Shown here piece after piece: positions 12,411 through 25,513 of a stretch of 64,000 bases of DNA (position 1 is its first letter; every line of letters begins with the position of its first letter). The position numbers and the translations under genes are program-made. The notes below the pieces were generated by a model. The model searched no databases. It was not told the DNA's origin and worked only from the letters and a program-made list of their open reading frames with translations. The DNA comes from Cenococcum geophilum (Eukaryota), in NCBI GenBank assembly GCA_050273025.1, contig CP158636.1, positions 11,532,001-11,596,000 of the forward strand, given 5' to 3'.

Positions 12411-14367
12411 AATCAGTACACCCTCTCACCCCTTTTCAAATGCACTGCACAGCCACAATATTTCTTTACCGTAAGCCCGTTCGATATGTACCGCAGCCCG
12501 TTCGATAGTAATTATTAAACTCAGCTTATCAACCCCAGCCTATGAACGTCAGCTATGTAATTCGCTAAGAGATCGCCTCCACATCCCTTCGCATCCATTA
12601 GGTTACTCTTTATAGGATGAAAAGAGATGACAATGACGTAGGAGTGAAGTCAGCGAGTGCAATGGTTCAGAACTCTGCGTCAGGCCCAAGTGAGCACCTT
12701 CTGAGGGTGTCCCTGGGACTCTTCTAAGTCAAGTTTGCGGTAAACCCCGACGCGTGAACCAGTACCAACTGTGTGCAAGCAAAATTCAATATTTAGTCCG
12801 TGCCCCTAGGAATTGATCTTTGCACAGCTGAGCTTCAGGGATTCACGAGATTACACTAACCTGCCATTGTATTACTGTAACCTTTCTCAAGTTGTTCAGA
12901 TACAGTTGCACGTATGAATAAAGCAACTGTAGGTACAATTGGGTGAGAGCAACAATATGTGTGGGTATCGCTTTGTGGAGATTTGTGGCAATGATATGGA
13001 CTGAACGAATGCTACAATTTTTTTTTTTTCATTGGGCTACGTATCAATTTAAATTGTGTCGTCCCCATGTACAAATGTGCGGTGTACCTTTTGGGCGGGA
13101 TGTTACACGTAGGTAAGCCACATACATAAGTGCTTCGTGACGCCGATATCGACATGCATACCTCTACCAAGTTCAGCATAGTCTACAAACTTAGTAACCG
13201 GAAACATATCAACTAATTCCGTAAAATTTCGTTTGGAAATGTTTGCTTTATAGCCATAAGCTATGCGTAGAGTGCTTTGTCGATTCATTCAAGAACCGCG
13301 AGGCTCTTTCACAATGTCGCTTTTCTTATCTGATGAGGCTCAATCGAAGTTTTATGCAGTGTCCTCCCCCCGCGAAAAAAGATTGTGGGGTGGCTGATAG
13401 TGGGGTGGCTGTTGGTGGCCTTGGGCATAAAGTCGGTGATCGAGAAATATGTTACTATCCGCATCACACTACTGGAGGCCTTAATACAATGTAAACGGTG
13501 TTAGGGTATATTTTGCATCTCTCAGTATAACGGCTTCCTAAACAATTGGGGCAGTTACGGCCCCGCAATATTGAAAAAAACTAACCCTCATGTTATCGAT
13601 AATAGTCCACCAATCGGATTGGCTGACTCTTATCGATAACATGAGGACCAATTTCAACGGGATAAGGGATAGAGACAATGAAAACGAGTGTGCATACGCT
13701 CTGATGACAGCGACTCCCAAAATATCAGGCTTCCTAAAAGGAAGCTCTAAGCAGAAGAAATCTCAAATCCAAATTAAGGTACGTTAAGAAACCACTCCCA
13801 AAAGGTGGGGTTAGCGCGGGGAACAGCATTCTACCCAAGAACCATCGGGCACTGGACTGCATCACCTTCGCGGTCTATAACAAATTGACTCCGCTGGCCA
13901 TCCACACATCATGACCAGTGTTGTGTAGCCACGATGCAACCCAAGGGCTCTTGAGATAACGATTGATTTTTGGGAGCTGTTTAGGCCCAACTTACGATAG
14001 CCCAACCTTTCATAGCTGGACAATCAGCAAGTTTCCTGGTGATATACTCAAGGCAAAAGTATACCCCGTCTGCACGCTGCCCGTGACGGGTCTCAGCGCA
14101 TAGCCCGGAGGTGTCGGTTGTAGACCTATTTTCTCATCTCCCGCACCTTGCATTAGCCTGAAGCGCACAAGAAAGAAGCAATATACCACCTACCCCTCCA
14201 TAGGCTACGTTGGTAATGAACAAGGTGTGTGCGACGTGGCATTGCATTTGGAATAACGTATCTTTGGGAATGTGGGCATTTGAAGAAGAAGAATTCCTAT
14301 AGTGAAACGATTCATTTGCAAGAAGTATCTCCCATGGAATATCAAGCCCGGAGGTATACATACACCA

Positions 14368-16895
14368 ATGCCACCAAACAAGGCGGGGTTCGACATGCAA
14401 GTGCCTCCTGAATTGATCGCTATTGGAGTCGATTTTGGTATGACATACACCGGTACGTAAGCCCGTGAAACTTCAAATTTGATACCTTTTATTATTTTTC
14501 ATTGTCTTGTTGTTAGGGGTCGTGCTGAGACAGAATCGTCGTAGGAGTCGCATTCTCTACTCTTGATTGGCCGGAGCCACGAGTTATCAAGAACTGGCCA
14601 AGTCCTCGGCGTATTCATGTCGAAAACAAGGTCCCAACTGCCGTCACTTATCGAGCAGGTAGAAAACGTATCGATTGGGGCTTTGAATCTCCAGCGCCTG
14701 CTGAGATTAGACCTGGAATGGCTGTGTGGGACAGATTCAAACTCTTTCTTGACCCTACAATTCTCAAGAAATTGTCCGAGACTTGTAATGTTGAGGACTT
14801 AGACTTGATACCGACATACGACGATATAAAAATGTGGTTCGAAGATTTCTTGACGAAATTATACGAGTATATTGTTGCATACATGACTAAATACTTTCAT
14901 CTAAAAGATTGGGAAGCAGCTCGCGTAGTATACAGTTTTAGTGTGCCGACGACCTGGAATAATCGTATTGACGTCGTTAAAACATTTGAGGATATTATCA
15001 GGAAAGCTGGCTTTGGAAAGAGCGAACAACACTCGGTTAAAATCGAATTGACAGAGGCAGAAGCAGCGGCAGTGTATACAGCAAGGAAGTGGAAAGATCA
15101 TCGTGCCGTAGGGGCTTCAAAGGAATTAGATGGAGTACAACAGGGCAATGTCCTAATGGTTTGTGATGCGGGAGGCGGTACGACAGTAGGTCCCATGCTT
15201 TGCAACATAGGCTGAGCCAAGCATGCTAAATCTAGCAATCAGGATGTCTCCGTCCTCAAGGTCGGTTCTATCAAACCTTTCAGGGACCGAAACGGCAATG
15301 AAGAGAGAATTGCTGAGCTGGAGCAGCTTGACTGCGTTGAGGGTTTTCCACCATAGCTCCTATCTGCCGGTTTATGTGCTAACCCAAAATGTCAGGTAGA
15401 GCAATTGGTTCTGTTCAGATCGATGAAATATTCCAAAGAGAGGTTGAGAGGCGTTTAAGTTTTATTCTGCACGCAGAGGATAATGATTCGGAATATATAG
15501 CAGAAGATATGGTCAATCTTACCCTAGCAGGACAGACTAGAGGTCGAAGTAACAACAGACTCGAATGGCGAAACTTTGCTGGGAAAGATATGATCAAGCG
15601 TGAGGCAGAAGAGATGACCAAAAGCCGTAGAAAGACGTCATTCCAGCATTTCAAAACGACATTCGGGACTCCAGATTTTATAGACTACATTAGAGTACGG
15701 CTCCCAGATTTGTTCAAGAACCTTAGTTGTCCTGAAGTCGGGGTTGAGGGCGGCAGGATGACATTCACGTAGTAAGATTCAGAACCAACCCATGTATATC
15801 AATCTATCTAGTTAAGCTAATAAATCAAAAAGTGATGACATAAAAGAGATGTTCGATGAGCAGATAGACGGTATTTTTGAACTCATTAGCGAACAGCTGG
15901 AGCGTCTTCAGGAAATTCACCCATTACAACAAGTAGTGAGTAATCCTATACAACTTCTTTACACCTCTGCACATGGACAAAATCTCATCCCATTAGTCAC
16001 ATTTCGTTATCTCGGGAGGGCTTGGATCCTCCGAATACGTCCAAGAGTGCATAATGAGACGCTTCGGCTCGGCTCCAGGTGGCCAAGGCAAGGTAATTCT
16101 GGTCGCCAAGGACCCGTGAGTACAGAAATATTCCTGATTTCCCTTCTAAATTTCTCACCAAATCTATACAGTCAACTCTCCGTCTGCAAAGGCCTAGTGA
16201 TCGACCATGTCCATCGCCTAAAATTTGCAAATTTTATCCTCTCCACCATTTGCAGTCGTGCATCCTATGGTATCCTCTTTAACAAACTTTACGATGAGAG
16301 CAAGCACTCAGGGCCGCCTTACAAGGGCCCACTCGATAACCAGGACTATGCTTTGAACCAGATCCATTGGCTTGTCCGTGCGGGTGAGCCTCTTAGACGC
16401 GATGGGCCCAAAAGTCATACCTTCTATCGCATTGTGGACCCCGAAACTCAAGACCCAATTGTCTGTAAAGATGTTATTGCTTCTAGTGCACAATCCAAAT
16501 TCCTTCCAAGCAACATCGATGAAGAAGACGCCGAAAGAGCCTATCAGATCGAATCAGTGTTAGATTTAAAAGATCTTGACCAAGCAGACTATGTGGAGAA
16601 GAAGAGGAAATTTCTGGGCATTAGAGTTAAACGCTATTGGAAGATCGAGCATACTATCTCTGTGCACGCTGGCCTATCAGATCTAAGATTTGAGATGCGG
16701 GTCGGTAACAATGTTATTGGGGAGAGATCCTCGATTCCAATCATCTGGATGCACGTGCGGGGCTCAAGACAAGATAGCGTCGTTGATGGAGAGAACGGAG
16801 AGGGCGGAGAGGATTCAGATGCTACATTGTTTGAAATACTAGACGAGTTGAAGGGCCCGAAGCTGCTCAGGTCAGCCGGAACAGCTCCCTTCTAA
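14368..16895 (+). CDS. Atypical Hsp70 / HSPA12-like actin-fold ATPase, multi-exon
   Basis: Spliced motifs IGVDFGMTYTG, NKVPT, FSVPTTW, TEAEAAA, VCDAGGGTTD, SGGLGSSEY, SVCKGLV; six GT-AG introns keep the frame. Confidence 0.88.
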
Positions 16896-17702
16896 AACTT
16901 GGTGAATGGCGACTTATATAAAATTCACAATAATTGGCGTAGGAGTACATGTATTCTTTTTCAATTAGCATGAAAATTGCCACACTGTAAGATATTGCAT
17001 TAGATAGAGTACAGAAGCTGTTAGCAAATCATATCGTGAAATATTTGTTTCAATGTATAACAACACTAGGAAGGATATGGTACTGAAATTGCTAGAGCTT
17101 AATAAGTAACTTTGTTTTACGTTCTGAAAAAGAAGCCTGCTAGTTGGATGTACTATGGTATCCGGCGTAAGTATTGTATATTGTCGGTGCGTTGCAGGGG
17201 TTCCTTGCAGAGTATTTTACACCAATAAGAAAGCCGGTTTGTATAGAAAACATGAACCTTCTTAATTTTCCTCCTTTTTCATTTGCCGCAAAAGTGGATT
17301 AAAAACAAGCCACATGCCGCCCAACCTGCAACGCACCGACAATGTACAATACTTACGCCGGATACCATAGTACGTCCTACCCATTTGCGGTGGAATCCCG
17401 GAGATAATAGAACTCGCGTGGCGCATTCCAGTTGGTCGCGCACAAGACCATCCAATTATACGTGAACACGAGCATCTGTAATATATCGCCAGCACACAAG
17501 GCAGGCATTCATTGCACGAACTCCGGACTCTTCAGCTCACCGATAATCTTCACCGGTTTTCCGTTTTATTGCGAGAGTTCATCACCTTCCCCTATAATGT
17601 CTAGGTAGTTTCTTGAGCAGGTAGTAGCCTTCACGATTTATCTTCTTTACCACAAAGCCTAACGCGCAGTCACTGACTTTGAATTCTGTAGTCGATGTCA
17701 GG

Positions 17703-19700
17703 ATGGCGGCCGCTAGGGAGCAGACTTTGACCCTCACAGAAATTCGGGTGATGGCTTCCGAGAAGCAACCAGGGATATGGCTCGACCAGAAACGCTCGTC
17801 TTTGATCCGGGACTTTAACCACCTCTCTCCGGCTATTCAAATTGGACCGAAACAAGGTTCCGGGAAACGGGAGAAAAATGACCATCCACTACCTGGACTG
17901 ATACAGGCTACTCGCCTACGGCAAATTGTAAATCCAAAACCTGCTGTTGAGCCAAGACCTACCAGGCAGCTCTCGGAACCGGTCGTCGAGCCAGAACCCG
18001 TAGTTGGACCAGAATCGATCTCATTCACTGAATTTTCCTATCTATTACCCATCATCAACTTTGGACAAGATGGTGACAGAATCGCTGAGCATGACGGCTC
18101 TGAGCCATCACAACAGTCCGTTGGGGATAGTGTGACTGTGAGCTAGCCCTGTAACTGCATGAGCGATAAAAAAGGTTAGCTGACCATACCCTTGTAGGAA
18201 CTGAACCACCGCCTTAGACCCCGTATCGGAGATACTGATGGTAAACATCTTCCCAATGTTGCGGCAAGGCCAGATCGACGACGCCCAGGTGAGCTGTCTG
18301 GAATCCAAGAAAAAATACCATCTCAGGGCCCAGGCACATATCATGGGCCAGGAAGCGTTCCTCTTCCCAGCCTTGCTGCGGAGCCTCTGGAGCCTAACTC
18401 AAGGGCTTCAGGGATCGGTCCAGAAAATCCAAAGAGCAGATGCAAACGTAGGAATACGCCGCCTTCTGGCCATAAGAACTATGAGGAAGCTCCACTGCCA
18501 GCGCCAATGCCAAAACCAGCCAGCTCGCGATTGTTCTCGAAGCTGAAAAACAGATTGAGTCCTAATCCCCTTCGTGTCGACAGTGCCCAGGAGTCCAAAC
18601 CGCCACCGCCAGTGTTTAAACCACCCTCGACGGCCCGGTCTTGGTCTTCCGCCGCGTCACAGGGTCTACGAAAGATTCTCCCATTCAAAACAAAGAAAGA
18701 GCAGCCTTCGACCCTGGAGCATTCTTATGAGTCCTCTTCCTCCTCAACCCTGAAAGCGGCTAGCAAACGGTCACGCCATTCTGAAAATTTGGGAGTAGAT
18801 TCGACAGCTTCCAATACTCCGACAGGAAGATTCAGCATAACCTCGTCCATGTCGAGATCGTCTTCACGAACCTCCTGTGGGAAGTCCTACCATACAGGCT
18901 TAGAAGCCGCGCTTACCCTTCAAGAAAAGCCACGTCCTTTCCAGTGCACTTTCTGTCTAAAGCAATGCGAGAATGCAGAAGAGTGGATACAGCACGAGAA
19001 ATCTTCCCATGTCCACAAAAACAAGAGTGATTGGTTCTGGGAATGCGGGTTCTGTGACACCCTCCTCCAATCTTGGGATAAGCGGCAAGAGCACATCATC
19101 GACGAACACTTCAACAAAGGGGCAACGATGCTTTCCTGGAATCCACTTAGGTCGCCATCGCCAATGATAAAGCGTTTTGGAACGCCAGCTCCCGGCTTCC
19201 CTCACTGGGACAAAGCAGCGTTGTTCGCTCTCCAGAAACTTACGCTCTCAGATTCTTCCAATTCCCAAAAGTCGGGAAGAGAGTATCGATGCAAAATCTG
19301 TGACATAGAATTCGCGAATTTGTCCACATACATGGGACATACAGATCTCTGGCACTGCTCACCGGAGAGCTGGTCATGCCCCAGTCTTGCGAACGAACCC
19401 CCACTAGACGCATTTTTCTGCCCAACCGGCCCGGACTCGACTGGAAGCGCTCGAGATGAATGCATCTGCTGCGAGCAAAAATTCTACACCAGGCCGTTGA
19501 ATGTGAGTCTGGAGGCCCGCATCCAGCACCTCAAAGACGTACATTGCTTCCACGAATGTGCGCACGAAGAGAAGTTTTTCAGAAAGGAATACTTTCACTT
19601 GCACTTGGCGAATGCGCACAATATCAATGATTTCGGCTCCTTGTTGAACTTCATCGATTCTCGCGCAAGAGAAGAGCGCGCCCCAGCGAGCATGGTGTGA
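17703..19700 (+). CDS. C2H2 zinc-finger protein (exons 17703-18137, 18198-19700)
   Basis: RPFQCTFC...HEKSSH, WECGFC...HIIDEH, YRCKIC...HTDLWH and further C/H pairs; intron GTGAGC...TGTAG in frame; start uncertain. Confidence 0.75.
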
Positions 19701-20490
19701 TGAATGAAATGTTGTGAGCACTATAGGTTGAAAATTGCCACGAGATGTAGAAATTGGTGGTATGAGCTCCATTCGGTCGACTTGATACGAAATTCCAACT
19801 TTTCTAACGGCTGGTACTAGGGTGCAACTCATGCCTCAGGCCGACAACGCCTTATTGTCTAAACGAGCCTCGTACTCATTGACCAGAAATGGCAGGGAGC
19901 GCATATGAAAAAAAGATAGCTGTAAGCTTAACTGGTTGGGCAAGAAAGAGAGTGGCGCACATGCTTACCATTACCCCAAGCCTTAATTCGCGACAGAAAG
20001 GTCATTTCTTATAACAAACTGTCTCCCTCTGCGACTGATGCAAATTGTTTAGCCGATATTCGGTGAACTGGAGACATCAGTGGAAGAAGGTGCAGCTGCC
20101 CTCGGTATGGCAGCAGTAGATGCTGCAGCAACGAGGAGACTGACTGCGCCGAGGGAGGATAGAATGAGTGGATCAAACGTCGACGGAGGGACAAACACTT
20201 AATAACAGCTCAAATTGCATTTATTGAGCGCGCAATTAGTAGTTTGATTCATAGAGAACGCGAAGAAATTTGTTCATAACGGCCAGCAACGGTTGATAAC
20301 TTTAGAAATTAGAACAATCATCATTGGTATAACACTGCCTCTCAAAAATCTCAAACAAGCTTGCAATTTATTATCCACCACAGCCACCACAGCCTAACAA
20401 AGCAACGATTAGCATCTATCCAATGGAATGGAAAATTTGTCTCTATCGAGAGACGCTGCATTGGGTAGCGTTGGGTATGAACGAGGTGCT

Positions 20491-22858
20491 CTACGCTCCT
20501 CCACCACCACCACATCCACCACCTCGTGACAGTCAGCACCAAACTAATTATCACAAAAAGGAAACGAGAAAACTTACCGCCGCCGCCGCCACCGCAGCCT
20601 CCTCCGCCTCCGCAGCCCCCTCCGCCACCACATCCACCGCCACATCCTCCAGCGGAGCCTGAGCAAGATCCGCCACCAAACGAGGCCATTCCTCCACAGG
20701 TGCCTGCAGCGCACGCTCCGGCAGACCCAGCGCTTGTGTTGACCACACAGGGATCAGACGCATAGACACCAGTTCCGATACAGGGGTCGACGTAGTACGG
20801 GTAGTACACGGGATAATAAATCGGATAGCCCCAGGCATAGTAGTAGAAATACTCGTCGCGCCTTGGCTCTGGACGGCCCTTCTTTCTAGCCCTTGCGCAA
20901 GCCTGGTGGTACGCCGCATCGAGCTGGGCCGCTTTAACCTTGGCCTGAGCCTCGTTGCTCGTGTCGCGGACGGCATTGTGCGCGGAGATGTGCGGCGACT
21001 TCAGTGGGTCCGAGGAGGCGTTTCCGACTTGGTGCAGCTGCTCGGTGGCGATGAAGTTGGAGGTGCGGAAGAGGCGCGAGAGGGAAGACGTGTGAGTCTC
21101 GCGGATCGCCTCGCAGTACCAGCAGGTGCACTCTGAGTAGGGCTCTTGGAATTTGTCCTGGTAAGCTTTGCTGGTCCAGGCGAAAGAATCGCTGAGTTTG
21201 GATTCCTCGATTTTGTCGTCGTGGTCAATGAGTTTACCTGTCTTGAGTTGTGAATGGATATAATAATTCGGTGGTGAGCACTGATGAGTGTGCCACGCGA
21301 GATCAACATCAAGGGTGGGGACGGCGATGTTTTTCGGGTGAGCCTGCATGATTTGGAAGAAGCGGTCGTATTTGACAAGGCAACGTTTCATGGTAGCCAT
21401 TAGCGCGGGCGAATGAAGCCAGTCAATCCCATGCATCTTGTCGACAAACGAGCCCTGACGGATGACGGCGCCGACAAGGTCAAGCGCGAAAGGGGAAGAG
21501 TTGAACCAGTACCGTGACATCATACGGCGAATGGCAACTTTTTCCCGATTTAATACAGGGCCGTTCGAAACTTTGGCTTTCCTAACAAGGCCTTTATCTG
21601 TTATGGCTTTCTCAAAGAGCTCTTTGATCGTTTCAATAGTGGTTGCTCTTGGATATCCCTCTGCCTGCGTGATGCCCAGAATGTTCTGGCTCAATCCGGC
21701 CTTTACCAATTTGCTAGGGAAAATGCATTCAGGCTGGGTTTTGCTAAAGGATTTGACTTTGGCCGGTGCACCGTCGACCTGCACAACGGTCCCAGGGAGT
21801 GGAAGTTCCTCTGTCAAGAGGGCGGTGACATCGCGATGGAATTTCTGCACGCGTAAAGCTTCATGCGTAACTTGAAACTTGCAACCTTCGCACAGAGCAG
21901 AGAAGTCCTGATCAGCAAGGCCACTACCAGGTTCGAATTGGTCATTGACGCCCGTATAGCCTGATCCTTGAGTCCAAGGTACTATGACAGTGCGGGAGCA
22001 GGACGGACATTTCAGAGTTTTAACGTGGGGGTCATTAAGGTTGTTCCACAGGCGGCTAGTTGATTTTTCAAAGTTGGTCTGAGCTTGAGAGCTGGGTGTG
22101 TATTCAAAAGTAACCGGGTCAATCAAGGCATCGACTGCGCCCCAGGGGAGACCTGTAGCATAGAAATCCATCTTGCCTAGTCTGAAGCAGTCCTCAAAGA
22201 AGCAACGAGGGTTGAGCAAATAGGCATGCCATACCATCAAGACGTCTAGGAGTTATTAGAATACATCGTTTGCATATCGCATTCATACGGATCAGGACGT
22301 ATACATACCTAACGGCGGCAGCCAGTCGCGAGTGAGATAGACGAGCTGCACACCCTCTGTTGCAACTAGGTGAATATTCTTACCGGTGGTCAATTTGTCG
22401 AGTACGAGCTTGTTGCAGGAATAGCCACCTTTGGTCTGAGGGACGCATCGAGTCCACCATGTCTCGAAACGATCGACGGCTCGCGCGACGTAAACAGCCC
22501 ATCTCTTCTCGCAAACTCTAGCTTTAGCAGCAGCATCTTCACCCAGAGTACCAGCGGGGGGGGTAATATTGAAGAGGCTATCGTTTTTTCCCACTTCGTC
22601 TTTCAACCTCCAGAAGGCCTCCAAGAGCTTGAGATGGGCGACTAGTTGATCGCCTGTAGGAGTGTAGGATTTGTCCGGCTGGCTGAGATTCAGGTTTCGA
22701 AGCCTGCCACTGAGATCTGGAGGAATGTCGTTTGGAGGCTGGTCTTGTTCCGTATATGCTGGGGGCTGAGCATTTGAGGAGTGAGAGGAGACACCTGAAT
22801 CGCGAGGCCGCGATGGATCGGCATCAAAGGCCTTTGATTTCTCACCCTTCAGATTCAT
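20491..22858 (-). CDS. DUF1399 / glycine-rich domain (GRDP-like) protein (exons 22858-22309, 22245-20578, 20522-20491)
   Basis: LPPLDVLMVWHAYLLNP, DLVGAVIRQGSF, VPTLDVDLAWHTHQ, IDHDDK motifs; Gly/Cys-rich tail. Confidence 0.88.
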
Positions 22859-23771
22859 GATTTAACATTCAGAGAATTCATTCGAGGCGGTGATGTGAGA
22901 GTGATCACGGTGGGATTGATGAAGAATAAATATAGCTGTACTAGCGCAGGATCAAACGGAGTGGGTTCCTGGTCGTCAACCCCACCATTTCGGGCTGGCG
23001 GTCACACCAAGGCAAACAGCGCGATGGTGTTTGGACGAGAAGGGAACGCTTGGGGCGGAGCAAGCATAGCGTGGCAATAGCTTGATTGTGGTTGGAAGCC
23101 CTTCGGAGAAGGCTTTTCCCGCTTGCTGAGCGCATGGCTTGGACAGCATTTTGCCTAACCAAGTGAGGCAGCCTTCGAGAAGTGTTTTGGAAGCAATGAT
23201 AATGTCAGCTCGAACCGATCAGCCTCTATTCGACCTTTGCTTTTCGCCTATCTTCTCCTCATGGGTACGTCGGCAGGGCGTGATGGCACTCCCCGCACTG
23301 ATGGGTTGAAACCCTTTCGACCCCATCATCTGAAATCTGCCTCGCCAGAATTATAACCGCAGCTGCTCAGCTTCATCAATCGTGCTGCATGGCGTCGTGT
23401 TTGCACAGCCTCGTTGGCGCTCTTACAAGTCTCTTATCGGTTCATCATCCAGCGTGGTTAAACCTCATATCCGACCGAATTCGCTGTACGAGAACAATTT
23501 GAGTCTCGTGATAGTAAGAGCAGTTAATAAAGCAAAGTTGTTCATTTTCGGCAGCCTGCTCCTGGCTGACAAGTCTGCTAATTTTCGCTCCACGGTAATG
23601 CCGAGGGTGGACGACGCCAGCAGAAGCGACATTCACTTATCCAAGTCTACGAAGAGTAATTAATTCTAGGGGATTTACTTAGCTATCGAGTTGTACCATC
23701 TTTGTCTTAGGAAGACTGCCATTATTGAGACCTTAGAGCGTAGTAGCCGAGGCATTGTCCAACGTGGTAAT

Positions 23772-24570
23772 CAGGCTTGCTAATCAATCACCCAGGTTTC
23801 AATATTGAATTGAATTGAATGCCAAGACTCAATCAATTCAATCAACCAAGAGCTCGCTGGCTTGGCAACTCAATCAATATAGGGGTTCTAGTTGAATTGA
23901 ATTGATTGATAAATATTGAAACTTTTAATATTGCATAGAAATATACTAAACATAACATATAATAATGCTCTAACCCTTATTTTTCTTAGTCTCCCTCACC
24001 AAAAAAGGGTTACCCGAGTATCACCCGTTGTTTACACTGTCACATCATCGCCAGAGTCTTGGCAGGTAAGAAGAGTTTTACTGCTAGACCTGCCTATTGA
24101 CAATATCAATTCTATTACCACCATGGCTTCCAACGCGTTAGATGATGGCCAAACGAATACCTTAACACTCTCTACAGCTCGTTCTGATTATACCGTCCCT
24201 ACCGGCCCCTAGCACACCTCCGATTATAGCTTAGATGGCAATACTAAGGCGACCGCGGAAGGAAGGAACAGAAAATACACAGCAGGATGGTAACTCAACA
24301 CCATACCAAGACTCGCGATAGGCCTATATTAATGGCAGGAGCGACAGAAATAACGGTAGAAAGCGGTCTGGGTGTCACCAGGTAGGTCCTCCTGCATCAA
24401 CACCATGCCAAGACTCGTGATAATTACTAACTACTATGTAGTTGCAATTAGTTGCAATCGTTTCAATATTGATTCAATCAATTCAATCAATTGAACCTTC
24501 TGCTTACAAAGCTTTCAATTCAATCAATTCGAGGCCTCAATTGAATTGAATTGATTGATTAGCAAGCCTG
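23772..24570. mobile_element. hAT-family non-autonomous element (799 bp)
   Basis: TIR CAGGCTTGCTAATCAATCA / TGATTGATTAGCAAGCCTG; 8-bp TSD GTGGTAAT (23764-23771, 24571-24578); TCAAT subterminal repeats. Confidence 0.9.
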
Positions 24571-24609
24571 GTGGTAATGAAAGGTAATTGCTCACCCACC
24601 GTCTATTTG

Positions 24610-24846
24610 TGTCGATCTGAAGTCCGTGCGCAGATTTCAGGAAAGAAGAACTCGTGTATTGATTGATCTGTGAAAGAAAAGAGACTATATATACATGATG
24701 TAGGTGCAGGACCAGCGGGGGGGGTACGTAATAGGTAGGTGATCGAGTCAAGCAGAGGTAGGTGATCGAGTCAAGCAGGGGTAGGTGACTGGGTCAAGGG
24801 GTAGGTAACTGAGTCAGGTGGCAAGACAACCCGATTCAGGTCAACA
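24610..24846 (-). mobile_element. Solo LTR related to the TRIM-array LTR
   Basis: TGTCGA...TCAACA; 5-bp TSD ATTTG; homologous to the LTR at 25514, with expanded GGTAGGTGAYYGAGTCAAG repeats. Confidence 0.85.
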
Positions 24847-25381
24847 ATTTGAGTATCTACCCTTTAGCCCTCCGTATTTCTATTATCAAGTCACCCTTTC
24901 AAATAACTACCCTATGTCCGTGCCACAGATCATTCTCCTCTATTCGAAAGCAACATATTCGAATATATTCAGCGCCGGGACGATAAGTTACTGACCTCTT
25001 CTCTTGTCAAGTTTCGTCATATCTTCGTGATGCTCCAAGAGGTTTGTTAACAAAATATCACCTAGCAAGTGCAGGAGCGTATGTCTCCCCGAATGTTACA
25101 ATGTAGCAACGGCTAGTCTTTAATAATTAGCTAGTGCGTCCTCAATAATTAGTTATACCAAAACTAGGCTGTTCGTACATGATATTCATGATACACCTAG
25201 GCCTGTCAGTCTTAGGGAGCATTGGTGGGGTTGACAGAGACTTATGGTAAAAGAGGAAGTAAGTGCTATATACTTATAATGGATTATCTTGTAAGAAAAT
25301 CCGTATAACCAGGCTGACTCTGAATGAGTTAGCGACGAAGCCAGGCATTTAGTTTGTTCCCATCAATGCCCCCACAAATAC

Positions 25382-25466
25382 TGTTGACAGCTTACTAGCA
25401 CCAAAAAGACCGGTCCTATTGGCGACGCCAATTAGGACAATATATAGCCTCAAATTCCGGTCGACA
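25382..25466. mobile_element. Micro solo-LTR-like element (85 bp)
   Basis: TGTTGAC...GTCGACA with 5-bp TSD AATAC; inverted homologue at 36346-36421. Confidence 0.7.
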
Positions 25467-25513
25467 AATACTCTGCAATCTTCGTCTGATCAGTCCCATG
25501 CCCAACCCCGTAT

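Noticed and set aside
13330..13350. CTGATGAG hammerhead-like core
   Set aside because: No matching GAAA and flanking stems
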